From Podarcis pityusensis (Eukaryota), in the NCBI GenBank assembly GCA_964106645.2, contig OZ067040.1: DNA of 64,000 bases; one strand, written 5' to 3'. Shown here one piece after another: positions 21,450 through 53,843 of this stretch. Below the pieces are notes generated by a model. The model saw only the letters and a program-made list of their open reading frames with translations, was not told the DNA's origin and ran no database searches. The first letter of the stretch is position 1, and every line of letters starts with the position of its first letter. The translations under genes were made by a program, and so were the position numbers.

Positions 21450-24400
21450 CCCACCCCCCCACCCCAACACACCTTAATTGTTTTACTTAAGTTTGGACTA
21501 CATACATTACAATTCATTCATTCATTCTTATGTCTGACTGACCACCCAGGGAAGCAACAACTTCATCAGGATGGAAATAGGAGAAGTGAGCAACATAACA
21601 TTACTTAGAAGTATTTTTACACCATGGCTATTATGATTCCTCCATCCTTAGCAACAATATTATAGAAGAAAACATAAGCATTTTCCCTGCTAGTATTTTC
21701 AAAACCTGCTTTCTGAGATTCCCCCCCATGCACCCAGCATTTAGAAGACAAAATATCACTGTCCTTAACAGTTCAAAGATTTTTCAAGAAAAACAGTGAA
21801 GTTTATATAATATATGCATGTAATGTAATTTGTGAATGAACAGTGAAATGTGGTTTTGCGAATTCTTGTGCTTTGACATTATGAGCAGCTCATCACACAA
21901 ACTGCTCAAATAATCAGACCAAAGTGTCCCAACCTCAAATATGAACTTTAAAACAGAACAGCAATGCCACTTTGACAGGAGCAAATAATACAGAATTACA
22001 TTCTAAGGTCTTTCACAATCTATTGTGTACATCTGCAACCAAAAGGTAGTTAGTTCCCAGGAGAATAAGGTAGATAATGGCAAATGGGACTCAACTCAGT
22101 TATCCAACACAGTGCTCTGGTTTAGCTATAGCACTTAAGCCACTATAGACCCAATTACACCTAAAACAAGTCCATAGGATCAGGATATCAATTGGAAGAG
22201 AGTTTCAATCAAAACTATGTTTGTTACCAAGATTAAGTTGCCACTCTGAACTAGCTACAAACAATGGACAGTGCAAGTATCCTATATACAAAAAGTGAAT
22301 TCAATTCTCCAGCACAGAAATTTACTTAAGTCAAAAGAGCAGCACTGATGCACATGAGGCAATTGTCAGGAGGCTCAGGAAAACCTCAAGATTTGTAGAA
22401 TTACACAAAAGACTTAAGGCAAAAGAATCCAAATGACAATTGAGTATATCCTGTAGACCAGGGATGTCCAACCGGTCGACCACAATCAACTTGTTGATCC
22501 CCATGAGGTTTGAGTTGATCATGGTCGATTTTTCCTTTGGGGGGGGGGAAATAGGACCTGGACCCGGCGCCTCCATTTGCGCATGATCGCTAGAATAGAA
22601 GACGGAGTTTTCACTGTGAGGCTTTTTGTTTCCTGATCAATCTTTTGGTGAGTGATTTTTCAATTTCCCCCCCAAATAAAGCTCAACAACTTTGACTTTC
22701 CTCGCCAAAAGAAGCTCAACAACTTTGACCTGAACCCCGAAAGAAGGTCATATTTTTTTTCTGTGAGTAGATCGCAGTCTCTTGGGAGTTGGACATCCCT
22801 GCTGTAGACAACAAATACTGACTCACTGTTAAGGGGCATGGACAGAAGGAAAATCCTGAAAGCAAGTATAGACAACTAGCACCCTAAGCATGGGCACTCA
22901 ACTACAGGTCCAACTTACGCCATCCTTGTTCTTATGACTTTGCTGTTACTTTTTATGTCTCAAAGACTCTTCCGTTTCACAAGAAATATCAGAAAAATAA
23001 AGAAAATGAAAGCAGTTTCACCCTAGAAATAGTAATTCCCCCAAGAAGCACTAATTAGTAAATTTACTAAATGGGTGCTTAATTCTCTCTTGAACTTCGA
23101 TTCAGTTTCAGAAAGCAAATATTTCAGTTCCGTATTTGCTGTTATTGCTAACCTCTTAGATCAGAGTCTACTAAAAATAAAGTGAGCAGAAAAAACAGGT
23201 AGTACTGTAGAATGAACAATTAAAAATCCTCATGATTTCAATTAAGGAAAAATGATTAAAAACCAGCTTTGTACTTTTTTGCCCATCTCCCACCATTCTT
23301 CTTCAGAAAAGGTTGTGAAATTATCTGCATGCACCACACTCCTCAGATGCAAACGTATTTTCAAAACCTCTCGTAATACTATCATTGATGCTAGCAGAAG
23401 AACACTGTTTTAAATCTATTGTTTTCCACTCTGTGGGCAATATTGTATACATTCGGCAAGAGTGGTATTCCGAAAGCTTGTCCTGGGTGTTTACTAAATA
23501 TTCATACCAACGAGGCCCTGCCAAAGTGATGTTTGGTGTGAAGAGTGCACAAACATACACCAACAGGCCACAATTCACACTACATGTCCTACATATAGAG
23601 GAGGCGCATAAATTCCCACCCTCCTATATAGCACTACATGTGAACAAGCACTCAGCAATTTCTTATGATTACAATCTCACTAAACTGTAAATGGTCCACT
23701 CCTTCTCCAAAGCTTATTTACAATTCCTGGATCAAAGCAACTTTATTTTCTGCCACTGCAATCAACGTTGTTGTAAACTTCTCTGAAGGATTACATTATA
23801 GGTTAACTGTCTCTAAATGATTCCTCCCCTATATGCAAGTAAAATAATTAGTCATTTCCCACTCTTAATAATGCAGTGTCTGCCTTCACAAAAGCCAGCA
23901 TGACAGGAAGGAGAAAAAGTATTCATCAGATTTCATAAAAGACACTCTCCTATTTATTTATATATACTGGGAATAAAGTACCCAGAAAAACTTTACCAGC
24001 ACTGCTACCACCATACAGCAGGGAAGAACAAAATTTAAATGTACCCCTCCAGTCAAATGAGCTAATTAAAAAATAAAAATAAATTATGCTTCACAAGATT
24101 CTAACATAAAAACTTTATCCACAGTAGTTCACCACTGAAATAAATTCTCATAAAAACTCAAGAGTGTTGATCTAGTGAGAATCTTATGTTGCCTTCAGCC
24201 AACTAACTGTTTAACTTCCTAATTTATGTTTTTTTATCTTCAACTTTATCCCTTTCTAATTTATGAGCATTTATAATATATTCCATCACTATCAACAACA
24301 TGGTTAACATTACAGCAACAACAATATACATTCATATTATTCCTGTACTTGTATGCATGCAGTTCTTCAGAATCTAATCTTACTGCACAATTTTAGTTTA

Positions 24401-27400
24401 AGAGCTACCACCGGGTTTTGGCAACTACTTGGGAGTACCAATACGACGTAAAAGTGAAGAAAGCAAAACATCTCTTAGATTTGGGATTCTTGATATATTC
24501 CATCCAATACAATTTCCATACCATCTCACGGCAAGTTGGTGATCATTTATATCACCTATGATACAAGAACTAAAAGGTGTAATTCTGAAAGGCTATTCTT
24601 CAGAGGCATACCTGTCCAAATCACTTAGACTATCAACTGGTGAGCCTAGTCTATCAGATATTCTCTTTCTCTCAGGTGTGTCAATGCCGTAACGGTCATT
24701 GCCAACTGTGATCCGTAAATTCTGTTCCACTGAAGACTCAGAATGTCGACTTGGAGAATGCCGGCCTGGGGAACCTGAGCGCCGGCCCAGGGAACGTGAG
24801 TGCCGGCCCGGGGAACATGAGCGCCGGCCTGTGGAACGTCTCTGCAATTGGAGAAAAATACAGTTCCATCATGCTAATTATTAGGATAGATTACGTTATT
24901 GTTGTAAGCTGCTTTGACATCACCTTTGTTGCTTTGAAATGAAAACTAATCAAATTAAATTCAAGGAATAAGCCAAAGCCACTGTGAAATTAAACAATTT
25001 AAAGTGTTAACGCCAACTTAAATCAGACAATGCACATCAAACTTGCACTCATCTGCACTGAAGGCATCTGTGAACACATGCGTAGGCAATGGAACTAGAT
25101 TGACAACTTTACCATTAAGAAAAATTGCAGCCAATAATGTAGGGCAAAAAATATTCCCAGTGATGTTTGTTTCTACAGAATATTCTCACTTTCTTGGACT
25201 ATATTGTTTCATAAAATTAATTAGTAATAAAATGGATGGAAAGAATAGAGTTAAATTTGGGGCATTTCAAAGTTTCAACAACATTTTTTTGGTTAGATTA
25301 CTGTCTCTGGAAAGCATCTTCTCTCTCACATGAGAACTACTGATTTGTAGATTTGTGTGCTCAAGCATGCATGTATAAACAAGGCTTAATTAAAAGCCAA
25401 AAACCAAATACAGTGGTACCTCTGGATACATACACCTCTGGTTGCGTATCCTTCGGGTTACGCATGCGGCAAAGCCGGAAGTATTTTTCTGGGTTTTGCC
25501 GCGTCCATGCGCAAAGCGCTCTACCGCACCGCGTGCAAAACAGGCACCTCCGACTGCAAACTCCTCAGGATCTGACCAGAACTCCAGAACGGATCCCATG
25601 CACAACCGGAGGTACCACTGTAATTCAAATAAACTAAATCCAATCCCAATCAATTTAAGGCACTGAAAAATTCTGATTCAAAATTATCCAGAAAACTCAC
25701 ATAACTGCTTTGCCACAGTACATGACTACTGGTGAATTCATGTTTATAAATATGCAATTTTATATGGGTAGTTTTATAAACCCCACCCATGTATCACTTA
25801 TGCCATGAGCAGAAATAAAACCATAATTGCAGTTTGGGGCTCCTTTATCTAACTTGGAAGTGACTTATGTCCCTCTCAAGTAGGCTACTGTTCACTTCTA
25901 AGTTGGGTTTCAACTCCCCAGCTATCACAGGTTTTCAACCTTTCCTTTTCAGAACACTGGGCAGCAAGTCAGCAGTCTGGATTTTCAGGAAAATCTTTAC
26001 ACAGTACTATTAATTTCCAGGAATCTTGCCTGAGTATTGTACAATTATTTTATAAATGGCCTGAGTCAATTTCACTATTTTTTTATGCCACTGAATATTT
26101 GGGGAAAGCTCCTGCTCACTTGGTTGGGCTGATCACAAGCAGCTCTGCTCATTCTAAGCCAGAAGATCAAAAAGGACCAGTAGCAGGTTCTTACTCATAC
26201 TCTAGGAGCTTTAATGAAAGGTCCCCACAATTCTGTTCAGTTTTCTTGATCTACCTATTACATCAGTGCTGTGCCCCCAGCACTATTTTCCTCAGAGCAG
26301 AGGTAGCTAACCCCTGGCCTGGAAGCTGAATCAAGCCTCCCAAATCATTTCCCTGGCCCTCTAAAGAACCTACCAATTTTGGGAGCAAATAAGAGACACA
26401 TAACATTGGGGTGGGTGAAGCAAACAAAAAAACACACACAGTCTAGTGCCCTGATGACGATCCAATCAATCCCTGCCCAGCCATCAGTTGATAACTTGAT
26501 GAACAGGGAGGTCCCTGCTGGGCTGGGGAATGTGAGGGCCAGCTTGAGGAACAGCTAAGGGCCAAGGGCCTATGTGTGCACATGTGACTGTGGGTATGGA
26601 AGCATGGGATGGCCACATCCACCACTGGCATGAGGTCCCTGGAGGTCTGGTTAAAGGTGTATGTGGCCCATGGGTTAAAAAAAATCTATAATGATGGGAA
26701 AGGATTTGGCCCCACACTGCTTACAGCAGTTTTTCCTCAAACTTGAGTCCCCAGCTATTGTTGGATTACAACTCCTATCACCTTAAGTTAGCAGGACCAG
26801 TGGTCAGGAATGATGGGAGTCGTAGTTCAACAACAGCTGGGGATCCAAGTTTGAAAAACACTGGAGACTGCCACCTTTAATTTCCAAGAAATTGCGTGCT
26901 AGGCTAAAAAACAACAACACTCTTGCTGTCTGCCCACATAACTGATTTATTTCCCTCAGTAACGGCTAAGTATTTTCTAGTACTGCTTTAAGAGATGGGG
27001 TATAAAAAGTTTTTATTGTATAAACTTAATTTGTCTAACAGCAATCCTAAACAGAGTTATCAGAAATCAAATCCCATTGAATATAAAGAGGCTTATTTTT
27101 GAGTCAATATGCTTAGGATTGTGTTATATTCTGCTATAGGAACAAGCATAGTAAAATTATAAATCAAAACAAATATACTAAAACTCTTCTAAGGTTACAA
27201 CTGCAAAGCAGTAGAGCAGAAATTAAAAGATGAATTGTGAGGTAAGCCAAAGGCTAATAGACATAAGTATTTAAGATTACTTGGGTTTCATACCTATAAA
27301 CAATGAGAACATTAAAAATCAATTATGAAATATTTATACTTCCTAAATAATCTATTTTATTTCAATATCCCCATCTAAGAAACTGTTCCTCAGATGCTTA

Positions 27401-28953
27401 GCTGAAATGATTTTCAAACTAGCAGAATTTCTGAAAATCAAAAGCCAAAAGATAAGTGAAGTACTTTGGGAACCAAAGCTATTACAATTGCAATCAGTGT
27501 CATCATGTGCATATTTACTCAGAATGACTCCACTATGTGTAGTGGGACTTATTTCCTAGTTAGGTAATTTGTGTTGTAGCCTCGTATATGGACAACTGCT
27601 TAACTGCTTTTCATTCCTGTATAAATATTGCTCCTTTTATTTTATTTTTGTTTACCTTACCTATTCCCATATACACCTGTGAAAATGGACACAATTATTA
27701 TTTTCCAAAGGACAGGTTACTTTAGCAATTTGCTGTATGACCTAGCCTGTTTATTAACCCTACTGATTTCTCCCAAAATATATTTCAAGTACCTATACTA
27801 TGTTTAGTTTCAAACTTAGCATGGTCCTACTTTCCTATTCAATCCACAAAGAACTAAGCTCCCACAACCCACAAGCATTCTCTGCTTTTCTAAGAGAGAA
27901 TAATGACCAAAGAACCTTAAGATAAATTCCCAAAAACATGTTGGGCAACCCTACCATTAGGAAATGAAGAGTGTGCCTTAGGCAACTGCTTTTAAGGGTA
28001 ATGGAAGGGCAGCGAATTTGTAGTAGTCTGTTATTGTTATTATCTTCCTACTGCCAGCAAGGGGGGTGGAAGAGGTTTTTCTGGATTTTCTGTCTCATGT
28101 TCCAAAATCACTGAACCAGCCTTGGATACCAAAATCACTGAACCAGCCTTATGAACCATAAACGGAGGGCAGGTGTACCACTTGCTCCTCCACCTTAGGC
28201 AACCTCTTAGGCCAGCTCTAAACTTACTGAGACGTCTTACTAAATTAAATTACTCCCAAGTAAGTGTGCATAGGATTGCGTCCTCCGTGACTTTTTTGTG
28301 GGGGGGGGGGGGAAGCCCGCCAACTTTGGCTGAACAACTATGCCTTTGTGTTAGTCCTCCCCTAACCAAAACTGTGCTTGCAGGTACAACTGTTGGGGGG
28401 ATGCAAGAGGTTGCTAAGGCCCTGGCCCAGCGATGTGAGAGGTCTTTGTGCACTTCGGGAGCGCGAAAGGAAGATTCGCCTTTCCTGAAACCTGCAGGAA
28501 AGGTGACGACAGGAAGAGACCAAAGGGGATATATCCTCCGTTTGTCACCACTTCGGTGTGTGGCTCAGGCGAGAAAGCGAGCGGCCAGACAGGGAGCCGT
28601 TGCCATGGCCGTGGGGAGGGGGGGGGATAAAGGGGAGGGCGGACTAATATTCCCAAGGCCCGGTCCTTAGGTCGCTATGCCGGGCAAGCCTGCTCTGAGC
28701 CGGCTCGGTTCCGGCTCCCCACGGACGGAGACCGTACCCGACTACTGCGGCGCGGGGACGGCGAGCGGCGAGAAGAGCGGCTGCTGGACGGCGAACGGTA
28801 TCGGCGGCCTCGCGGGGAAGGCGAGCGCGAGCGTGAGCGGCGCGGGCTCCGGCCCCGCGTCGAACCGGAGGCAGCGGAGCGGGAACTGCGCGAGCCCGAG
28901 CTACTGCCCTCTTTGGACCGGCTGGAGGAAGACACGCTACTGGTACGGTACAT
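7876..28953 (-). CDS. ZNF318: Zinc finger protein 318, whole coding span (10 exons, 7992 nt, 2663 aa)
   Basis: N-terminal MYRTSS...RS/SP-rich region, LRITVGND...RLGSPVD, MPKKSILKKR, EDEEKFLYGD, coiled coil and two matrin-type fingers all match ZNF318. Adjacent to ABCC10 as in mammals; all splice phases consistent. Confidence 0.95.
9745..10920 (-). repeat. In-frame tandem protein repeat (about 13 units of 26-37 aa; 357-bp higher-order period)
   Basis: Recurrent K(P/S)SELETAE(L/F)AMQLPES and KS(D/P)DDKELA(M/V)QLS; near-identical blocks at 10415 and 10772, 357 bp apart. Confidence 0.9.
12797..12917 (+). mobile_element. tRNA-headed SINE with CR1-type 3' tail (degenerate)
   Basis: A-box-like AGCTCAGTCGGT, B-box GGTTCGAGCCC, tail ...GTCCCTTCCAACTCTACA. 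Confidence 0.7.
13255..13373 (-). CDS. ZNF318: ZNF318 coding exon 9 (matrin-type zinc finger 2)
   Basis: GSEFLIPVTGYYCQLCQEFFGDQISAEQHVKNNPHNEKYK. Confidence 0.92.
13792..13891 (-). CDS. ZNF318: ZNF318 coding exon 8
   Basis: TLDPYNRPWDLK...DKIPVPAK; donor G|GTAAGT. Confidence 0.9.
14329..14529 (-). CDS. ZNF318: ZNF318 coding exon 7 (matrin-type zinc finger 1)
   Basis: YDYYDTGNHWCKDCNTICGTMFDFFTHMHNKKHRQ. Confidence 0.92.
14961..15101 (+). mobile_element. Penelope-like element terminus with short 5' inverted segment
   Basis: ACGAAAGCTCATACC...TTGGTCTCTAAGGTGCTACTGG...CACGGCTACCTACCTG, same family as 57287; preceded by the reverse complement of GTATCTGAAGAAGTGTG. Confidence 0.65.
16898..17181 (-). 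CDS. ZNF318: ZNF318 coding exon 6
   Basis: GEMLRKKRREKDGHKDPLL...LDKVAQILGINIF...SVK. Confidence 0.9.
17485..17584 (-). CDS. ZNF318: ZNF318 coding exon 5 (coiled coil)
   Basis: VMEEREKLRSEQEARQKKLHYLKTELERLSKQQG. Confidence 0.9.
18584..19993 (-). CDS. ZNF318: ZNF318 coding exon 4
   Basis: PEVFSS...EDEEKFLYGD...YEKIHDLLKTIGLDIG...RASQKLK; donor AAG|GTGAGT. Confidence 0.92.
20308..20911 (-). CDS. ZNF318: ZNF318 coding exon 3
   Basis: DDLADGPIF...MPKKSILKKRVDDPSVQ; GT-AG boundaries in phase. Confidence 0.9.
22459..22801. mobile_element. hAT-family MITE, 343 bp
   Basis: Perfect 14-bp TIR CAGGGATGTCCAAC/GTTGGACATCCCTG; 8-bp TSD CTGTAGAC (22451-22458, 22802-22809). Confidence 0.92.
24612..24841 (-). 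CDS. ZNF318: ZNF318 coding exon 2
   Basis: Acceptor TTGCAG, RRSTGRRS...LRITVGNDRYGIDTPERKRISDRLGSPVD, donor AG|GTATGC. Confidence 0.92.
25411..25620. mobile_element. Tc1/mariner (pogo/Tigger-like) MITE, 210 bp
   Basis: TIR CAGTGGTACCTC/GAGGTACCACTG; TA TSD. Confidence 0.88.
26727..26863. mobile_element. Palindromic MITE
   Basis: Long inverted arms caaacttgagtccccagct...acaactcc / ggagtcgtag...agctggggatccaagtttg. Confidence 0.75.
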
Positions 28954-29410
28954 GGCGCTGCCGGCGGTGGTGGTAGTGGCGGCGGCTCAAGGAGCCCCGG
29001 AGGCCGCCCGCCCTCACTCCTCGCCGAAGCCGCTCCTCCTTGCTCCTCCTGCTGACCATCCTCCCTCAGCACGCTCCATGCGTGCATGCGCGCGCGCACC
29101 GGACGCAAACGCAAGAGCCCGAGGTTACAAAAAGCTTCCTCGGGCCGCTCCGACAAAATGGCGGATAGGGAAGGCGGGTCACGTGTCGCGTGCGAGGGAA
29201 GAGGCGGGGTTGGGGGGGGAGATGCGTCGCGAGACCATCAGCTAGCCCTGCGAATGGCGCACGGACGGAGGAAATGGCGGGGGCGGGCCTTGAGTCACGT
29301 GATAGGGAGGAAGGTAAGCGCAACGAGAGGCGGTCCCCAGTGTAAACTGCAGTGTTATTAGGCTGCCCGCCTTATTAGGTCCAATCTCCGCCTCCCATGT
29401 CTGCGCTAAC
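28550..29410. promoter_or_regulatory. CpG island and ZNF318 promoter (probably bidirectional)
   Basis: CpG dense. NRF1-like TGCGTGCATGCGCG at about 29079, YY1-like AAAATGGCGG at about 29155 and GAAATGGCGG at 29271, E-boxes GTCACGTG at 29178 and 29295, TCGCGAGA at 29227, GC boxes. Confidence 0.85.
28738..28953 (-). CDS. ZNF318: ZNF318 coding exon 1 (RS/SP-rich)
   Basis: ATG at 28953 in a CpG island; donor CGG|GTACGG, phase 0. Confidence 0.85.
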
Positions 29411-29464
29411 GCTCCCCTGCCAACGTTCTCTGAGCTTAATATGTCTGCTGGAAAAAGTTTAATA

Positions 29465-29690
29465 CAGTGGTACCTCGGGTTACATACGCTTCAGGTTACA
29501 GACTCCACTAACCCAGAAATAGTGCTTCAGGTTAAGAACTTTGCTTCAGGATAAGAACAGAAATCGTGCTCCGGCGGCGCGGCAGCAGCAGGAGGCCTCA
29601 TTAGCTAAAGTGGTGCTTCAGGTTAAGAACAGTTTCAGGTTAAGTACGGACCTCCGGAACGAATTAAGTACTTAACCTGAGTTACCACTG
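29465..29690. mobile_element. Tc1/mariner (pogo/Tigger-like) MITE, 226 bp
   Basis: TIR CAGTGGTACCTC (one mismatch at the right end), TA TSD, internal GCTTCAGGTTAAGAAC repeats. Confidence 0.88.
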
Positions 29691-32169
29691 TAAACTAAGG
29701 AGGTTTACCTGTTAGCAACGTGCGGAGGGGAAGCGTCACCTGTTGAATGCATGCCTGTGACGCGCTTCATTCAGGATATGAATTTAGACACATGGATTCA
29801 ATTCTAGTGAATGATTTCTGATCAGTTTTTAACTTGTTCATGGTGATGCTGTTTTCATTGCTGATTTTAGCTTTGTGTTTTCTTGAATCGTATGCAAGCT
29901 GCTTTGGGGACCATTCACGGGCAGTTAAGGGCATAGATGTTTTTGAGTAAATAAACAAAATACTTCTGAATAAACATTCTTAAGAATGCCATTGGTCACA
30001 GAGAAAGTTTGATCATAAAATTTATCCTTATCTTCAGTAATATCACGAAAACAAGATAAGGTAGAACAAAGTCGAATGTGAAGGGAGTTACCATAATTCA
30101 AAGGCTGACGGCACTTACATAGGAAGTCATTGGTAAATGGCGAATCTCTAGTGGTGTTTAACCACCTGTTTGGAGGTTACTATATATCATTAAAATGCAG
30201 TGAAGATTTTAGGTAAGTGTCAATTACTTTTTGTGTTGAATTTTCAGTTGAGAGGTCTTCTGGCCTTCAGGAACTAGAAGGCAGTGAGGAATGACAGGCA
30301 AGTTTCACCAGCCAACTGATTTGTTGTCTATTCTGCTGCATCACCTTTATTCTCTGGGATGGCAGGCAGATAACACCCACCAACTAAGCAAATTTGGCAC
30401 AGGAGCTGCCAGAGCTGTAGCACTTTGCATGCAATCCTGGGAATCTTGAGGTAGAGCTGGGAAGGTGTTCTGTCTGAAATTCTGGAAAGTCATTGCCTGT
30501 CAGTGTTGATAGTAGGTACTAAGTTACTACTACTGGACCAATGCTCTGAGTCGGTATCAGGCAGCTTCCTTTGTCCCTGTCTCTGAACCCTACTTGACAT
30601 TTTGCCTTTGGGCATTTTTGAAACAGAAGCCAAGCCAGTTATTATAAAAGAGATCCGTATGGATCATCATAGTACTTACAAAGGACCCACTCAAAACCAC
30701 CATCAAATCATAGACTACCTCACACATATGTTCTGTGATTTCTTGGTGGCTTTGTTGTCAACATATGTAAAAATCATGAGGATTCTTGCCTTGGATCAAT
30801 ATTTTCTTTTGTGGTGCTGCCGAACACTAGAGCGGTGATTTATGTTCTGCTCTATTTCAATAATTTTGTGTACACTCTAACTCTCATGATCCACTGCCCT
30901 GGAGGGGTGGGTGGGATGGTTGGTGGACTCCCTCTGCCCAGCCCAGAAGGTTGTAAAATCAAACTATGGGAAAGGATCTCAACATTACATAACCAGCAAC
31001 GCGATTAGTTCACCCGCTGCCAGCTTCTGCTCGCCCTGCCAACATGCCGGGACACCCTCCCACCTCTAGAGGACGGTAGAGCGAAAGTAAGTTGGTTGCA
31101 GCAGGGGAACGAAATGCCCATAGACGAAAAAAGGGATAGAGCAACATACCCTTGGCTTCCTGTTTTTTGGAGGGGGCGGGGCTTTCATTTTACAATGGAA
31201 ACCGCGTCCTCATTCAGGGAAGCGCAGGTCAAACTGCGCTGGGGTTTGATGGGGGCGATGTAAGTGACCACTCAACTGACATTTGCTTTAACGCGAGGTA
31301 TGTTTTGAATGGGTTGTCTTTTTTCTGTTCTGCATTCTGTTTTCCATATAGTTGTGTGGAGCATTGCAGCTGACACAGAACACCGGCGCGGGCGAGTTCG
31401 CCTGAAATACCTGTAACGTGTATTGTGATGCCGTTGCTCTCCTATCTCTCTACTTTGCGGACGATTGCAACCCTGACGTTGCATTTTGCCAAAAGGCTGA
31501 GTAACAGGTGATAAGTTATCAAAGCTGTCTATGAAACATGAGGAACCTCAGCCCCGTGTGCAACGTGGCGATCAAAATACCTCCAGAGTCCGAGGATAAC
31601 AAACGTTGCATCCAACGTTAGTTACACTCAAACTAGACCCATTGAAATGAGCAGGCGCATTAATTTCAGTGGGTTTCCTCTGAGCAAAACGTATAAAGTT
31701 GGATACAGCCTTGGTCTACATAACAGGGGTGCTGTAAGCCACACTCTGCCCGTCTCACCACTTGCAACAAGGAGACAAGATTGCAAAACTGCTATAGATC
31801 ACTCTCGGCCACTCGACCTTGCACTAGGAGGATTTAACAGCAGGCAACCCGCAGTAAGAGCACAATAAATCCCAGCCTCCCCGCTCCTGCTTAAATTTTA
31901 AAACCAACCTAACACAACACGCACACGTGTTGGTGTCGTTACAGATCCCACTTGGGTTATTTCTTGCTTTCGCTTCTACTTTAGTTTGCTCAGTTGGCGA
32001 GGGGAGAGACGGGAAAGCACAGCCTTGATACAACCCCGGATTCCCCTACTGTTTCCTATTTAGCAACTGTCACTTTCACGTTTCCTTAGTATGAAAAGGC
32101 AAAGCAAAACACAATGGCAAAAATAACCAGGAAGCGCAGCGTTGTATTTATTTATTTATTTGGTCATAT

Positions 32170-32596
32170 GAAAGGAGCCGGCTTTGGAGTTCCGGTTCTG
32201 CCGCAGAGTCAAGGTAGTGCCTGGGAAAGAAAGGGCTTCGGTGGGTTGAACTATCCCGTCTCTGGGTGGGTCGACCGAAGCCTCCGTCAGGCTGGGGACC
32301 GACTGGAGGAGAGCGCCGGAGAGGAGCCGCTCGGCTTCTCCCACCCATTCGCTCTGCTTCGTAGAGTAGACTTCCGCCTCTCCTACGTGCACCCACAGCT
32401 CCCTGGAGGCTCTTTTGCACTGCTCCGTTGCTCCTACGGAGGAAAGGGCATTTGCAACGTGCAACGGAAATTTTATGGTCACGTTTCAGAACAGACGGAA
32501 ACGATAGACTCCAAGCCTTCATGTCATCATCCATCTGTCCATGCTAAGTCTCTCGTTGTGCGAAGGCGAAGGCCTTCCCCCACACCGGGCTTTACC
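32170..32596 (+). promoter_or_regulatory. CpG-rich probable ABCC10 promoter and non-coding first exon
   Basis: CpG-enriched patch about 1 kb upstream of the first coding exon; ETS-like ACTTCCG; ends at donor ACC|GTGAGT (GT at 32597). Confidence 0.55.
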
Positions 32597-33648
32597 GTGA
32601 GTTTGTGGCCGAGGCTATGATTTCTAGGCATCGTTCACACGAGGTTGCTCTCAATTGGAGGCGCCCTACCTCCTTTTAAGGATTTCCCCCATCCTTTAAA
32701 AAATCCGAAAAGGAACTCAGCTGCCCAAGCAATTCTGTTCTTGCCTGGCTGCCCGGCAGACAGTTGCTGTTCGCGTTCTCTTTATTTTAAAGTGGCACCA
32801 GAAAGATCTGTGCGATCTGAGGAAAGCCTGAGAGGAGGCGAGGGGTAGGAAATCCGTAGTTTGTGTTTGTTTGCAGAGTGGAAAGGGAAAAGAGACCTTC
32901 CTTCTGCTTTCTCACTTCCAGCCATTCATTGAAAACTGGAGAAGGAACCCACATAATAATAATAATGGGGGTGGATGGGCAGCATGGCTTTGACTGATAG
33001 AGGATGGAGGTTAGTGCCTGTATGAAGAGGCAGCACTTTGGAAGCCTTCGGTCTTAAAGGAGAAACATCTACTTGGCTGTTTGGTTTGTAAAACAATTGA
33101 TTGCATTTAGGATCCTGCCCTTGTATGGACCTGCCCTAAAAAGATCTGAAGTGTTGGCAAATCACCACCACCTCTTTTCAGTACTTATTGACAGTTTCAA
33201 TGAAACCTGCAGTAATGGAGAAGATTCTGTGAAAATGCATTTCTCTCACAGGAATGACTACAGCCACCACTCCTGCATCCTGGGATGGGGGGATTTTTAT
33301 GCAGGTTAGACCTGGATACCTCTTTACCGTCACCAGTCATGTTGGAAACTTTAGCAGAAGGTCTCCCTCTCAAAAGTGCCAACATACAAGATTTTGTATT
33401 TGATGAGATTATGAATTTTATTACTTTTTCTGACAGCTGGAAAAATGGTAGGTGGAATTAATGTGTGTATCTCATTTTGCAGTGCTTGTACAAAGAAAAG
33501 AAGGAAATATAGTGGTAAAAGGGTTTTATTCTTCATTGCAAGAATGTTCAGGTTGTGGCATAAGTTACTACTTCTTTATGCTTCATTCATTGTTTTCCTG
33601 TCTTTTCCTTTAGGAACTCTTGACCGTTGTACTTGTTGCTGGCAGAGG

Positions 33649-53843
<20,195 letters not shown>

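Noticed and set aside
28173-29361. Several GC-rich ORFs around ZNF318 exon 1
   Set aside because: Expected stop-codon depletion in a CpG island; only 28953-28738 fits the gene.
31408-31509. Possible C/D box snoRNA (terminal ACCTGTAAC/GTAACAGGT stem, GTGATGC, two CTGA)
   Set aside because: Box C is imperfect and misplaced relative to the stem, and I recognise no rRNA guide. An Infernal/snoscan hit would be needed.
31603-31712. Long hairpin as a miRNA precursor (similar palindromes near 17990, 27040, 27500, 28200)
   Set aside because: Resembles common degenerate palindromic squamate repeats; no expression evidence.
32114-32620. 168-aa ORF upstream of ABCC10
   Set aside because: No recognisable domain; overlaps the CpG-rich promoter and likely non-coding first exon.
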